From Eggerthellaceae bacterium (GTDB taxonomy: Bacteria; Fibrobacterota; Fibrobacteria; Fibrobacterales; Fibrobacteraceae): a stretch of 64,000 nt of DNA. Positions 11,036-19,833 of this stretch are shown here, in pieces; the first letter of the stretch is position 1, and each line of letters begins with the position of its first letter. Under the pieces are notes generated by a model. It searched no databases and had not been told where the DNA came from. It worked only from the letters and a program-made list of their open reading frames with translations. The stretch lies in the NCBI GenBank assembly GCA_963597395.1, contig CAVBPX010000004.1:1358-65357 (forward strand). Reading direction: 5' to 3'. The position numbers and the translations under genes were made by a program.

Positions 11036-11518
11036 ATGAGACACGGTGTAAAGAACAAGAAACTCGGTGCGAATGCACAGCACAAGCGTGCCATTCTCCG
11101 TAGCCTCGCGACTTCCATCCTCGAAAGAGGCCTGGAAGAGGACCAGCTCAAGCGCTCTGTGCGCACGACGCTCCTCAAGGCTCGCCTTGTCCGCGGAGTT
11201 GTGGATCGCCTGATTACCTACGCAAAGAAGGGTGACCTTTCCGCTCGTCGCGAAGCCGCCCGCTTTGTCCGCGACCCGAAGGTCCTCCAGGGACTTTTCG
11301 ACGTGATAGGTCCGCGCTACAAGGACAGAAACGGCGGTTATACGCGCGTTCTGAAGCTCGGCCCGCATCGCCCGGGTGACGCTGCCGAAATGGCCCTGAT
11401 TTCCCTCGTCGAGGACGAAATCAAGGCGAAGGTTGCGCCGGCTGCGGAAGCTCCTGCCGCCGAAGCAAAGCCCATTGACATGGTCAAGGGCGCTGCCGCT
11501 CAGGAAGCCGAAAAGTAA
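11036..11518 (+). CDS. rplQ: 50S ribosomal protein L17 (bL17) with Ala/Glu-rich C-terminal extension
   Basis: 160 aa; MRHGVKNKKLGANAQHKRAILRSLATSIL... GGYTRVLKLGPHRPGD, then the tail VAPAAEAPAAEAKP...AAAQEAEK. Confidence 0.96.
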   Translation: MRHGVKNKKLGANAQHKRAILRSLATSILERGLEEDQLKRSVRTTLLKARLVRGVVDRLITYAKKGDLSARREAARFVRDPKVLQGLFDVIGPRYKDRNGGYTRVLKLGPHRPGDAAEMALISLVEDEIKAKVAPAAEAPAAEAKPIDMVKGAAAQEAEK

Positions 11519-11540
11519 TCGCGAAGATTATACGGAAAAA

Positions 11541-11567
11541 CCCGACTTGTTCAAGCCGGGTTTTTCT
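11541..11567 (+). terminator. Rho-independent terminator closing the ribosomal cluster
   Basis: CCCGACTTG-TT-CAAGCCGGG stem (one mismatch) followed by TTTTTCTATTTT, 23 nt after the rplQ stop. An A-run lies upstream. Confidence 0.7.
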
Positions 11568-11604
11568 ATTTTATGCAAAATCATTGCACTCTGCCTGGAC
11601 GGAT

Positions 11605-12777
11605 ATGAGTTTTAGAATTTTATTTGCGAGTCTGTTTCTTTTCCTTGCCGATGTGTTCGCAGCGGATGTTTCGTCTCTTTCGACTTCCATGTCGTCGGGC
11701 GTTCCGTCCTCCTTTCAGCGAAACTCGGTGACGATGCAGCCCAGCTATAGCGAAGGACTGATCGATTCGACGTACACGCTCGGGCCGGGCGACTACCTGG
11801 ACATTATGCTCGAGAACAGTTACCTCTCGGCGAAGGTCTATCCGGACGGAAACATCGTGATTGAGGAATGCGGTTCGGTGAACGTTTCCGGGATGACGGT
11901 TGGGGAGGCCAGGAAGGCAATTCTCGAGCTGGTCTCGAAGCGTTACAATCCGAAGTATTGTTTTGTACAGCTCGCGCAGCAGAAAAAGATTATTGTGAAC
12001 GTGATGGGGGCGGTGCCGCAGGTGGGACAGGTTTTGGTGGAGCCTCAGACGCGTCTTAGCCGTCTTCTCAAAATGGTGGGGAACATTCTGCCTTCGGGTC
12101 GCGACGACGATATTCTGGTGATGCGCGGAAACGATACGCTCCACATCGACTGGCAGAAGGTGAGCAACGAGGGAAACTTTGACGGCGACGTGATGATTGA
12201 GCAGGGCGACCGGATATTTGTTCCGTTTGCCGACATGAAAACTTCCGTGACGCTGATTTTGCCGAACTACCGCGTGGCGGTGTCGTACGATAAGAATCGC
12301 TCAGTGCAGGATTATTATGATATTGCGGGCGGAAACCGTTTGCACAATTTGGGCTACCAGTCGGTGATGATCCGCGAAAAGGACGGATCTTCCCGGTCCG
12401 TTCCCGTCAAGAACATTGACAAGGAATTTGTGTCCCCGGGAGCGGAAATCGAGTTTGCCGTGAAGCCGCTTCTTGTGTATGTGGGCGGCGCCGTGGGAGG
12501 CGTGGGAAGGCAGACGTATGATCCGTCCTGGCATGCGCTCGACTATATTTCGGCGGCGGGCGTTCTTACCACTTCCGGATCGTTTGACCAGGTGAAGGTG
12601 ATTCGCGGCGACCGCGAGACGCTTTACCTCAATGCGACGGGAGACCCGATTTTGCCCGGAGACTTTATCGAGCTTCCGAAGAGCACCTACGAACGGTTCA
12701 AGGACTTTACGCTGTTCGTCGCGTCGCTTTTGACCGTCGTCTCTTCGGCTTTCATCATTTACGTCAACTATAAGTAA
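11605..12777 (+). CDS. polysaccharide export protein, Wza/OPX-like (Poly_export + SLBB-type repeats)
   Basis: Signal peptide MSFRILFASLFLFLADVFA. LGPGDYLDIML...VYPDGNIVIEECGSVNVSGMTVGEARKAI... resembles the Poly_export domain. ATG 11605 preferred over the TTG at 11584. Confidence 0.7.
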   Translation: MSFRILFASLFLFLADVFAADVSSLSTSMSSGVPSSFQRNSVTMQPSYSEGLIDSTYTLGPGDYLDIMLENSYLSAKVYPDGNIVIEECGSVNVSGMTVGEARKAILELVSKRYNPKYCFVQLAQQKKIIVNVMGAVPQVGQVLVEPQTRLSRLLKMVGNILPSGRDDDILVMRGNDTLHIDWQKVSNEGNFDGDVMIEQGDRIFVPFADMKTSVTLILPNYRVAVSYDKNRSVQDYYDIAGGNRLHNLGYQSVMIREKDGSSRSVPVKNIDKEFVSPGAEIEFAVKPLLVYVGGAVGGVGRQTYDPSWHALDYISAAGVLTTSGSFDQVKVIRGDRETLYLNATGDPILPGDFIELPKSTYERFKDFTLFVASLLTVVSSAFIIYVNYK

Positions 12778-12783
12778 TCCCTT

Positions 12784-13989
12784 ATGCAATCGAACGAAAC
12801 TCCCGGTTTGACGGAAACGCTGCTTCGGATTGTGAACAACGACTTGAAGCATTTGAAACTGTGCTTTTTAATGGTCCTGGTTCCGACGCTCGTCGTCTTT
12901 GTGCTCGTGATGTGGGTGATTCGCCCGACGTATGCGGCAAAGGCCGTTGTGACGCCTCCGCCGTCCTCTTCGGGGATGAGCGCCTTGAACGGAATGCTCG
13001 GCGAGGAACTTTCGTCGTATGCGTCGATGCTCGGACTTTCGACAGGGTCCGTGGATGCGGACGCCATCTGGACGATATTCAATTCGAAAGAGCTTCACGA
13101 TATGGTGATAGACCGCTTTAACCTGGCGGAACATTACAAGTTTGACGGAAATTTCCGCGCGGATCTTTTGAAACAGTTCCGCAAGAATTTTTCGCTGGAG
13201 CTCACGGACGAGAACATGCTCGAGGTGACGATTGAGGACGAGGACTACAGGCTCGCGTCGGAGATGGCGACGTTTATGCTCGAAAAGGCGGACTCCATGT
13301 TCAACGCTTTCAAGACCCTCCAGGCGAAGCAGAGCCGCGAGTATTTTGAAAGCCGAATCGAGCTTTGCTTGAAGGATCTCGACTCCCTGCAGGCGGACTT
13401 TGTGAAGTTCCAGACCGATAACAACTTTTACGAGCCGACGGTCCAGATGGAAGCGACCATCAAATATTTGAGCGCTCTCCAGACCGAACGCGAGGCGATT
13501 TCCGTCGAGATGAACTACGAGAAGAAGCTGCACGGCGAAGATTCCAAGCGCTATGACGAGCTGTCGAAACGCTACGCTTCGCTGGACGCCTCGATGAACA
13601 GGACGCTCAAAGGAAAGCAGCAGTCCACGGGACTGATCGCGCTGCAAAAAAGTCCGGAACTCGGGGCCGAGTTTATGCGGAAAGAAGAGGAAATCAAGGT
13701 TCAGGCCGCGATGTATAAGCTTCTTCGTCAGCAGAGCGAACAGATGCAGCTCGAAGAAGCCAAGAAGCTTACGAACCTGCACATTCTCGAAGCTCCGTGG
13801 CCCAACGACAAGAAGGTCTCGCCGCTGCGGGGAGTTTCCCTGATGTTTACCGTGTTTGTTACGTTCCTTTTGGCAACGATGCTTTGCAACTTCATCGAAC
13901 TGGTAAAGTCCCAAAAGGGAAGCGGTTCTTCGCTTGACGCGGAATGGAAAACCTTTTCCTCTTTCTTTAGAAGGAAACGCGCCGACTGA
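12784..13989 (+). CDS. chain-length determinant / polysaccharide co-polymerase (Wzz/PCP-like), no kinase domain
   Basis: 401 aa with an N-terminal TM (LCFLMVLVPTLVVFVLVMWVI), a long coiled-coil periplasmic region and a C-terminal TM (VSLMFTVFVTFLLATMLC). No Walker A motif seen. Confidence 0.65.
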   Translation: MQSNETPGLTETLLRIVNNDLKHLKLCFLMVLVPTLVVFVLVMWVIRPTYAAKAVVTPPPSSSGMSALNGMLGEELSSYASMLGLSTGSVDADAIWTIFNSKELHDMVIDRFNLAEHYKFDGNFRADLLKQFRKNFSLELTDENMLEVTIEDEDYRLASEMATFMLEKADSMFNAFKTLQAKQSREYFESRIELCLKDLDSLQADFVKFQTDNNFYEPTVQMEATIKYLSALQTEREAISVEMNYEKKLHGEDSKRYDELSKRYASLDASMNRTLKGKQQSTGLIALQKSPELGAEFMRKEEEIKVQAAMYKLLRQQSEQMQLEEAKKLTNLHILEAPWPNDKKVSPLRGVSLMFTVFVTFLLATMLCNFIELVKSQKGSGSSLDAEWKTFSSFFRRKRAD

Positions 13990-15314
13990 TGTTCTCGCGG
14001 ATTTATGAATATCCGGAGACGACCGTCCTTTTTTTAATTGTCGCCGCACTGCTTTTTTACGTGTGGCGAATGAAGTCGGATTTTTTTTCGCCGGCGCCGG
14101 TTTACATTTTTTTTCAGTGCTTGACGCTCGCCATTGCCTATTTGAAACTGGATCATGCGATGACGCCGTTTCACGCCAAGACGTGGTTCGTGTGGCTGGG
14201 GGCGATGCTTTCGTTTGTTTCGGGATGCCTTCTTTTTGAGTGGACGTCCATTTCGAAAGGAAAACGGTTTTCGCAGGAATTGTCCGCGGAACCCTTGGCC
14301 TATCACTGGAAACTGCATTTTGTACTTTCGTGCATTGTGCTGCTTATTTATTTGGTCGGAATTTTTGGAATTGTAAAGACCGCCGGGACGCTGATTCTTT
14401 TTTCGGGGAATGCGAGTTACTGGGCCTCGCGAAATGTCGATTACGGAATTTATGCGCAGTTCTTTTCGAGTGCGCCCCTTGTGATTTTGCTTTTTGGAGT
14501 CTCCGCTTTTAAGTCGCTAAATCCCGTCCGCTGGATTCGCTGGATTTCGCTTGCGATGCTTCCGACCATTTCGATCCTTGCCGTGTGTGCCTATCCGAGC
14601 CGGACGACGCTTTTTATGTGCGTGGGTTTTGCCGTTATCATGTTTCATTTTTTGTGCAAGCGAATTTCCGTGGTGCTGATTGCCGTGCTGCTCGCATTGG
14701 GCATTGCCGGATTTGTGTTTGTGGCTTCGGCCCGGTCGCAATACGGGGGGAATTCCTCGGTTGAGGCGATGACGCTTGATGCCGCGATGACGATGCCCTA
14801 CAAGTATGTGGCGAACAATTACTGGAATTTGGATTATGCGCTGAATTCTCCGCCGGACAGGGAAATTCATCCGTTTACCTATGGCATTGACTTTTTTTCG
14901 GGGATGCTCGAATACGCTCGCGTGGGCGGAGCCCTGAAGAGGAGTTTTGGCTGGGACGGCATTTACAACGAGAGCGTTCAAAAGATTCCGGGCTACAATA
15001 CGACCGGTTATTTGTGGGAAGTCTATAAGGATTTTGGGCTTCCGGGATGTTTTCTTGTGCCGTTTCTTGTGGGGCTTGGAATGTCCGTTCTGTATGCGCG
15101 GATGATTCGGAAAAAAACGCCTTGCCGTGTGATGTTTTACGTGTACTTTATTTACTTTGTGGGGTTCTGGTTTTTCCTTGCCGGTTACAAACAGGGAATT
15201 TTTTGGGCCTGGGGCGTTATCGTCTGGGTCGTTTCGACCGTTTGCGCCTTACCACCGAAAGGACTTTCTGAAATACCCGAAGAGAAGCGCGCTCAGAACG
15301 AGGTCTCCGCTTAG
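13989..15314 (+). CDS. polytopic membrane protein, Wzy-like oligosaccharide repeat-unit polymerase
   Basis: 441 aa, more than 10 hydrophobic segments with a large loop. ATG overlaps the stop of the upstream PCP gene. Context between Wzz-like and Wzx-like genes. Confidence 0.5.
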   Translation: MFSRIYEYPETTVLFLIVAALLFYVWRMKSDFFSPAPVYIFFQCLTLAIAYLKLDHAMTPFHAKTWFVWLGAMLSFVSGCLLFEWTSISKGKRFSQELSAEPLAYHWKLHFVLSCIVLLIYLVGIFGIVKTAGTLILFSGNASYWASRNVDYGIYAQFFSSAPLVILLFGVSAFKSLNPVRWIRWISLAMLPTISILAVCAYPSRTTLFMCVGFAVIMFHFLCKRISVVLIAVLLALGIAGFVFVASARSQYGGNSSVEAMTLDAAMTMPYKYVANNYWNLDYALNSPPDREIHPFTYGIDFFSGMLEYARVGGALKRSFGWDGIYNESVQKIPGYNTTGYLWEVYKDFGLPGCFLVPFLVGLGMSVLYARMIRKKTPCRVMFYVYFIYFVGFWFFLAGYKQGIFWAWGVIVWVVSTVCALPPKGLSEIPEEKRAQNEVSA

Positions 15315-16487
15315 GGCGAGGCCCGGAATGAATCGCGGGTCGATGCCAGCTTTGGGGAGCGCGAAGACGGCAAGGGCGTTAATAATTCCGCCGAAAAAGA
15401 TCATGCCGACGTAGGTCCAGAGCCTCTTTTCCTTGAGCATGGCCGCGACGAGGTTTACGCGGGTGGCCTGCAGGACGATGGAAAAGGCGAGGATTCCGAG
15501 AGAGGCCGTTCCGAAGGCGAGAACTTCCGGGTTTGCGCGGAGGGGGGCCGCGAAGAAGAAAACCTTTAGGCAAAATTCGGGGCATATCCACGTGGGCGAG
15601 GCGCACAGCGCGATGAACGCGGTAAAGAGGAAAATGTCCTTGGCGGAGAATGTGCCGTCGCGGGTCTCGTGGCGGGAAATGAGCGAGGACGAGATGAAGT
15701 TTACCATCAGGCCCGAGGCGAGGACGATTAATTTGTTTGCGTAGTTGTATCCGCTGAACAGTTCGCGCGGGGCGAAAACGTCCATGGCATAAAGGCCTAG
15801 CGGCAGATAGAGAAAGCTTGCGAGGCTCGAAAGGGCGAAGGGAAAGGCCTTGGCGAGCATCAGGCGGATGAACAGGACGGTGCGACGCCCGATTCGAAAC
15901 GTCTCCGGGCGAAGCGCCGCGGTCGCTCCAAAGCTCCAGGCGGGAAGCGCCGCGAGAACCATCGAAAGGGCAATACCTTCGACCGTATCCGTTTTCAAGT
16001 AGAGAAGGGAAAATCCCATGACGCCCGCAAAGGAAATGGCATGGAGAATTTTTGAAAGGAGAAGCTTTTTCCAAAACTTTCCGCAAATGAAGTACCAGTC
16101 GAAAAATGCGTGCTGAAAAAGAAGCCCCAGGGCGAGGATGAATTCCCCGTAAAAAACGGGATGGTGCCGTCGGACGAGGCACGCAAAAAGCGCCATCAAA
16201 AGCATTGAAGCGAAGGCGAGCGCATACCGGAGCTGGAACGCGTAGCGGAGAAGCTTTCCCTGCACGGCGTTCTTTCCGAAAAAGGCGAGGAGAAGAGTCG
16301 TCGTGCCGAAATCGGCGATGGCCGTGAAAATCGTGTAGTCGCTCTGCAAAACCCCGAAGTAGGCGAACGTGACGTTTCCCAGGTTCTTGGCGATGAAATT
16401 TCCGACAAAAAAGGCGACCGCCTGGATAAGGAGGTTCACCGCGGAAATGAAGATTCCGATTCGGATGGTTCGAAATGCGCCTGACAC
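15249..16487 (-). CDS. Wzx-like flippase (MOP/PST-family polysaccharide biosynthesis protein)
   Basis: 412 aa, GTG start, about 12 TM. The N-terminus ...IFISAVNLLIQAVAFFVGNFIAKNLGNVTFAYFGVLQS... is typical of PST-family flippases. Confidence 0.65.
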   Translation of the reverse strand: MSGAFRTIRIGIFISAVNLLIQAVAFFVGNFIAKNLGNVTFAYFGVLQSDYTIFTAIADFGTTTLLLAFFGKNAVQGKLLRYAFQLRYALAFASMLLMALFACLVRRHHPVFYGEFILALGLLFQHAFFDWYFICGKFWKKLLLSKILHAISFAGVMGFSLLYLKTDTVEGIALSMVLAALPAWSFGATAALRPETFRIGRRTVLFIRLMLAKAFPFALSSLASFLYLPLGLYAMDVFAPRELFSGYNYANKLIVLASGLMVNFISSSLISRHETRDGTFSAKDIFLFTAFIALCASPTWICPEFCLKVFFFAAPLRANPEVLAFGTASLGILAFSIVLQATRVNLVAAMLKEKRLWTYVGMIFFGGIINALAVFALPKAGIDPRFIPGLALSGDLVLSALLFGYFRKSFRW

Positions 16488-16543
16488 GATTCCAAAAATA
16501 CTCGATTCCTTTCCGGTCCGTTTCGGCGGCGGGCGAAATTTTC

Positions 16544-16551
16544 TATTTTTG
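16544..16551 (+). promoter_or_regulatory. candidate Bacteroidetes-type -7 promoter box (TAnnTTTG) for tRNA-Leu
   Basis: TATTTTTG ends 11 nt before the mature tRNA 5' end. A TTTC lies 19 nt upstream (weak -33). Confidence 0.4.
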
Positions 16552-16562
16552 GCATTCGAAAC

Positions 16563-16642
16563 GCGAGAGTGGCGGAATTGGCAGACGCACCAGACTTAGG
16601 ATCTGGCGAGAAATCGTGAGGGTTCGACTCCCTCCCCTCGCA
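16563..16642 (+). tRNA. tRNA-Leu (anticodon UAG), type II with long variable arm
   Basis: Hand-folded. Acceptor GCGAGAG/CCCTCGC (one A:C mismatch), 3-bp D stem, anticodon stem CCAGA/TCTGG with loop CTTAGGA, variable arm CGAGAAATCG, T arm GAGGG-TTCGACT-CCCTC, discriminator A. CCA not encoded. Confidence 0.9.
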
Positions 16643-16674
16643 TTGTTATCGAGTTTTTTATCTACGGAGAAAAC

Positions 16675-17928
16675 ATGACCGCTTCGATCAAAGAAACCAG
16701 TTCTACTGTACGCAACGTCGAAATCACCATTCCGCAGGACGCGCTGAAGGCTCCTTTCGAGAAAAAGGTGACGCAATACCGCAAGGAAGTGCAACTGAAG
16801 GGCTTCCGCACCGGTTCGACGCCCCGTCACATCGTCGTTTCCCGCTTCGGCAAGATGATCCGCCAGGAATGCGTCGAGGATCTGATGAACAGCACCCTTT
16901 CCGACGAGCTGAAGAAGGCGAACATCATCCCGGTCTCCCGCGTGAAGGTGGAAAACTTCAAGGACGACGAAAAGTCCGACATTTCGTTTACGGCGATTGT
17001 CGAAGTGGACCCGGAAATCGACATCAAGGGCTATGAGAATCTTGGCATTTCCGTCCCCGCCGTGGCCGTTTCCGAGGACGAGGTGAAGGACGAACTGAAC
17101 CGCGTTCTGCAGATGTATTCGACGGCGGAATCCGTCGATCGCGAATCGAAGAAGGGCGACGTCGTCGTTGGCAACTATATCAACGTGAAGATTGACGGCG
17201 AAGAAAAGGAAATTCCGGAAGACCGCGAATTCCGTACGCTCCTCGGCGAATCGTCCTCTCCGGGATTTGACGAAGGCCTTACCGGCGTGAAGAAAGGCAT
17301 TTCGAAGGACATCCACTTTGTGTATCCGGCAGACCACAAGGACGAACAGTACCGCGGAAAGACGGCGGACTTTAAGGTCGAGGTGACCGACGTGAGAGAG
17401 ATCCGCGCCCCGAAGATGGATGCGGAATTCTTTGCGAAGATTGGCGTCAAGGACGAGGCCGAACTCAAGGACAACGTCCAGACGGGCATCCTCAACAACA
17501 AGAAGAACCAGGCGAAGAACAAGGCCGTGAACGAGGCCATCGACAAGCTGATTGAATCGAATCCGTTTGACGTTCCGCACGCCCGCGTGATAGACCTCAT
17601 CAAGTACACGCTCAAGCGCAGCTCCGGCACGAACGAGGATGTGGAACCGACCGAAGAAGAACTGAAGTCTCTCGAACCGGAAGCCGTCCGCGAAATCAAG
17701 AAGCACCGCATCCTCGAGTTCATTGCGAACAAGGAAAAACTCAAGCCGTCTCAGGCGACGGTCGATGCCCGCGTCGAGGACATCGCCAAGTCCTACGGTG
17801 TCGATGGAAAGACCCTGAAGGAACATTTCCGTCAGACGGGCCGTATGGTTGGCATCCGCGAGGAACTTCGCATTGGCATGGCCGCGGACCTGATCGTCGG
17901 CATCAAGAGCGAAGAAGCTGCCAAGTAA
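16675..17928 (+). CDS. tig: trigger factor
   Basis: 417 aa; N-terminal ribosome-binding region ...LKGFRTG..., central FKBP-like segment. Classic tig-clpP-clpX-lon order. Confidence 0.92.
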   Translation: MTASIKETSSTVRNVEITIPQDALKAPFEKKVTQYRKEVQLKGFRTGSTPRHIVVSRFGKMIRQECVEDLMNSTLSDELKKANIIPVSRVKVENFKDDEKSDISFTAIVEVDPEIDIKGYENLGISVPAVAVSEDEVKDELNRVLQMYSTAESVDRESKKGDVVVGNYINVKIDGEEKEIPEDREFRTLLGESSSPGFDEGLTGVKKGISKDIHFVYPADHKDEQYRGKTADFKVEVTDVREIRAPKMDAEFFAKIGVKDEAELKDNVQTGILNNKKNQAKNKAVNEAIDKLIESNPFDVPHARVIDLIKYTLKRSSGTNEDVEPTEEELKSLEPEAVREIKKHRILEFIANKEKLKPSQATVDARVEDIAKSYGVDGKTLKEHFRQTGRMVGIREELRIGMAADLIVGIKSEEAAK

Positions 17929-17943
17929 TTTTCGGAGGATTTC

Positions 17944-18528
17944 ATGATTATTCCAACCATCATCGAAAACACGGGCCACGGCGAGCGCGCCTACGACATC
18001 TATTCCAGACTTCTCAAGGAACGCATCATCTTCCTCGGAACTCCGATCAACGATGAAGTGGCGAACAACGTGATGGCCCAGATGATTTTCTTGGAATACG
18101 AGAATCCCGAAAAGGACATTACCCTGTATATCAACAGCCCGGGCGGCTATGTTTCCGCCGGGCTTGCCATCTACGACACGATGCAGCACATCCGCCCGAA
18201 CGTCGCGACCATCTGCGTGGGAGACAGCATCTCGATGGCGGCGATTCTTCTCGCCGCGGGGACAAAGGGCAAGCGCTATGCGCTTCCGCATTCGAGGATT
18301 ATGCTGCACCAGCCGTCCGGAGCCGTTACGGGCCAATCAACGGACATCCAGGTGCATGCAAGGGAACTTGTCCGCACGCGTGAAATGCTCTCGCAGATTA
18401 TCGCGGAACATTCCGGACGTTCCATCGAAGAGGTTCGCGAAAAGACGGAACGCGACTTTTTCCTGACCCCGGAAGAGGCTCTGGAATTTGGCGTAATCGA
18501 TGAAATTTTCAAGCCGCACAAGGCCTAG
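17944..18528 (+). CDS. clpP: ATP-dependent Clp protease proteolytic subunit
   Basis: 194 aa; [19 protein letters not shown], Ser in GDSISMAA, His in MLHQPSG, Asp in [11 protein letters not shown]. Confidence 0.96.
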   Translation: MIIPTIIENTGHGERAYDIYSRLLKERIIFLGTPINDEVANNVMAQMIFLEYENPEKDITLYINSPGGYVSAGLAIYDTMQHIRPNVATICVGDSISMAAILLAAGTKGKRYALPHSRIMLHQPSGAVTGQSTDIQVHARELVRTREMLSQIIAEHSGRSIEEVREKTERDFFLTPEEALEFGVIDEIFKPHKA

Positions 18529-18558
18529 GCGTATCGCTTAGAAAGAAGGGTCGTTTCG

Positions 18559-19824
18559 ATGTACAAGAGCGGAAAGAACCATCCTCAGATTTCCTGCAGC
18601 TTTTGCGGGAAGCCCGCGGAGCAGGTCCTGAAAATGATTTCCGGTGCAAACGTCCACATTTGCAACGAATGCGTTTCGGCGTGTTACAATCTGTTGCTCG
18701 ACGATTTTGCGAAGGAGGCCGCCAAGGTGACCGCGGCAAAGGAAGCCGCCCCGCTTCCGACTCCCAAGGAGCTGAAGGCGCACCTCGACGAGTTTGTCAT
18801 TGGACAGGACGATGCGAAGATTGCTCTTTCCGTTGCCGTCTATAATCATTACAAGCGGTTGCGCGACGAGGCGTCCCGCGTCGCGGACAAAGAAAAGATG
18901 GACGTGGAAATCGAAAAGTCGAACCTGCTTCTGGTCGGTCCGACAGGAAGCGGCAAGACGCTTCTTGCCCAAACGCTCGCCCGTTTTCTGAACGTGCCGT
19001 TTTCGATTGCGGATGCGACGGTTCTCACTGAAGCGGGCTACGTCGGCGAGGACGTGGAAAACATTCTCGTGCGCCTTTTGCAGGCCGCGGACTACGACGT
19101 TTCCCGGGCGGAACACGGCATCATCTTTATTGACGAAATCGATAAAATCGCCCGCAAGACTGCCAATCCGTCGATTACGCGCGACGTCTCGGGCGAAGGC
19201 GTCCAACAGGGTCTTCTCAAAATTCTCGAAGGTACCGTGGCCGCTGTTCCGCCGAAAGGCGGCCGCAAGCATCCGGAACAGAGCCTCGTACAAATTAACA
19301 CGAAGAATATTCTCTTTGTGTGCGGAGGCGCTTTCGAAACGCTCGACAAAATAATCGCCCGCCGCGTCAACCAGGGCGGTATGGGCTTTGGCGCGGACAT
19401 TCGTTCGGAAAAGGACAATACGCTTTCGAAGCTCTTCAAACAGCTCGAACCGGACGATTTGATTCATTTTGGACTGATGCCCGAACTCGTGGGCCGCTTG
19501 CCGATTGTCGTCGCCCTGCAGGAACTCGACGCGGCAGCCCTAAAGCGCATTTTGACCGAACCGAAAAACGCCATCGTGAAACAGTTCGTAAAGCTCTTCA
19601 AAATGGACGGCATCGATCTTTCCTTTACGGAAGACGGAATTTCGGAAATCGTTTCGTTTACGGTGGAACGCAAGACGGGCGCGCGCGGCCTCCGCTCGAT
19701 AGTGGAACGCACGCTTCAAAAATCAATGTACGAACTTCCCGGTTCCGGCATTAAAAAACTGGTTGTCGATCGCGAAATGGTCAAAAAGGCCCTGTCGGAA
19801 AATAACGAAAAAAATGTCGCCTGA
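18559..19824 (+). CDS. clpX: ATP-dependent Clp protease ATP-binding subunit ClpX
   Basis: 421 aa; zinc finger CSFCGK...CNEC, Walker [18 protein letters not shown]. Confidence 0.97.
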   Translation: MYKSGKNHPQISCSFCGKPAEQVLKMISGANVHICNECVSACYNLLLDDFAKEAAKVTAAKEAAPLPTPKELKAHLDEFVIGQDDAKIALSVAVYNHYKRLRDEASRVADKEKMDVEIEKSNLLLVGPTGSGKTLLAQTLARFLNVPFSIADATVLTEAGYVGEDVENILVRLLQAADYDVSRAEHGIIFIDEIDKIARKTANPSITRDVSGEGVQQGLLKILEGTVAAVPPKGGRKHPEQSLVQINTKNILFVCGGAFETLDKIIARRVNQGGMGFGADIRSEKDNTLSKLFKQLEPDDLIHFGLMPELVGRLPIVVALQELDAAALKRILTEPKNAIVKQFVKLFKMDGIDLSFTEDGISEIVSFTVERKTGARGLRSIVERTLQKSMYELPGSGIKKLVVDREMVKKALSENNEKNVA

Positions 19825-19833
19825 GGTCTTGGT

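Noticed and set aside
12868-14049. 393-aa minus-strand ORF opposite the Wzz-like gene.
   Set aside because: The + strand product has the expected TM / coiled-coil / TM topology. The antisense product is R/H/L-rich.
16543-18336. 597-aa minus-strand ORF spanning tRNA-Leu, tig and clpP.
   Set aside because: It is antisense to three confidently identified features, including a tRNA. The composition is low-complexity (R/H/V/D-rich) with no recognisable domain.
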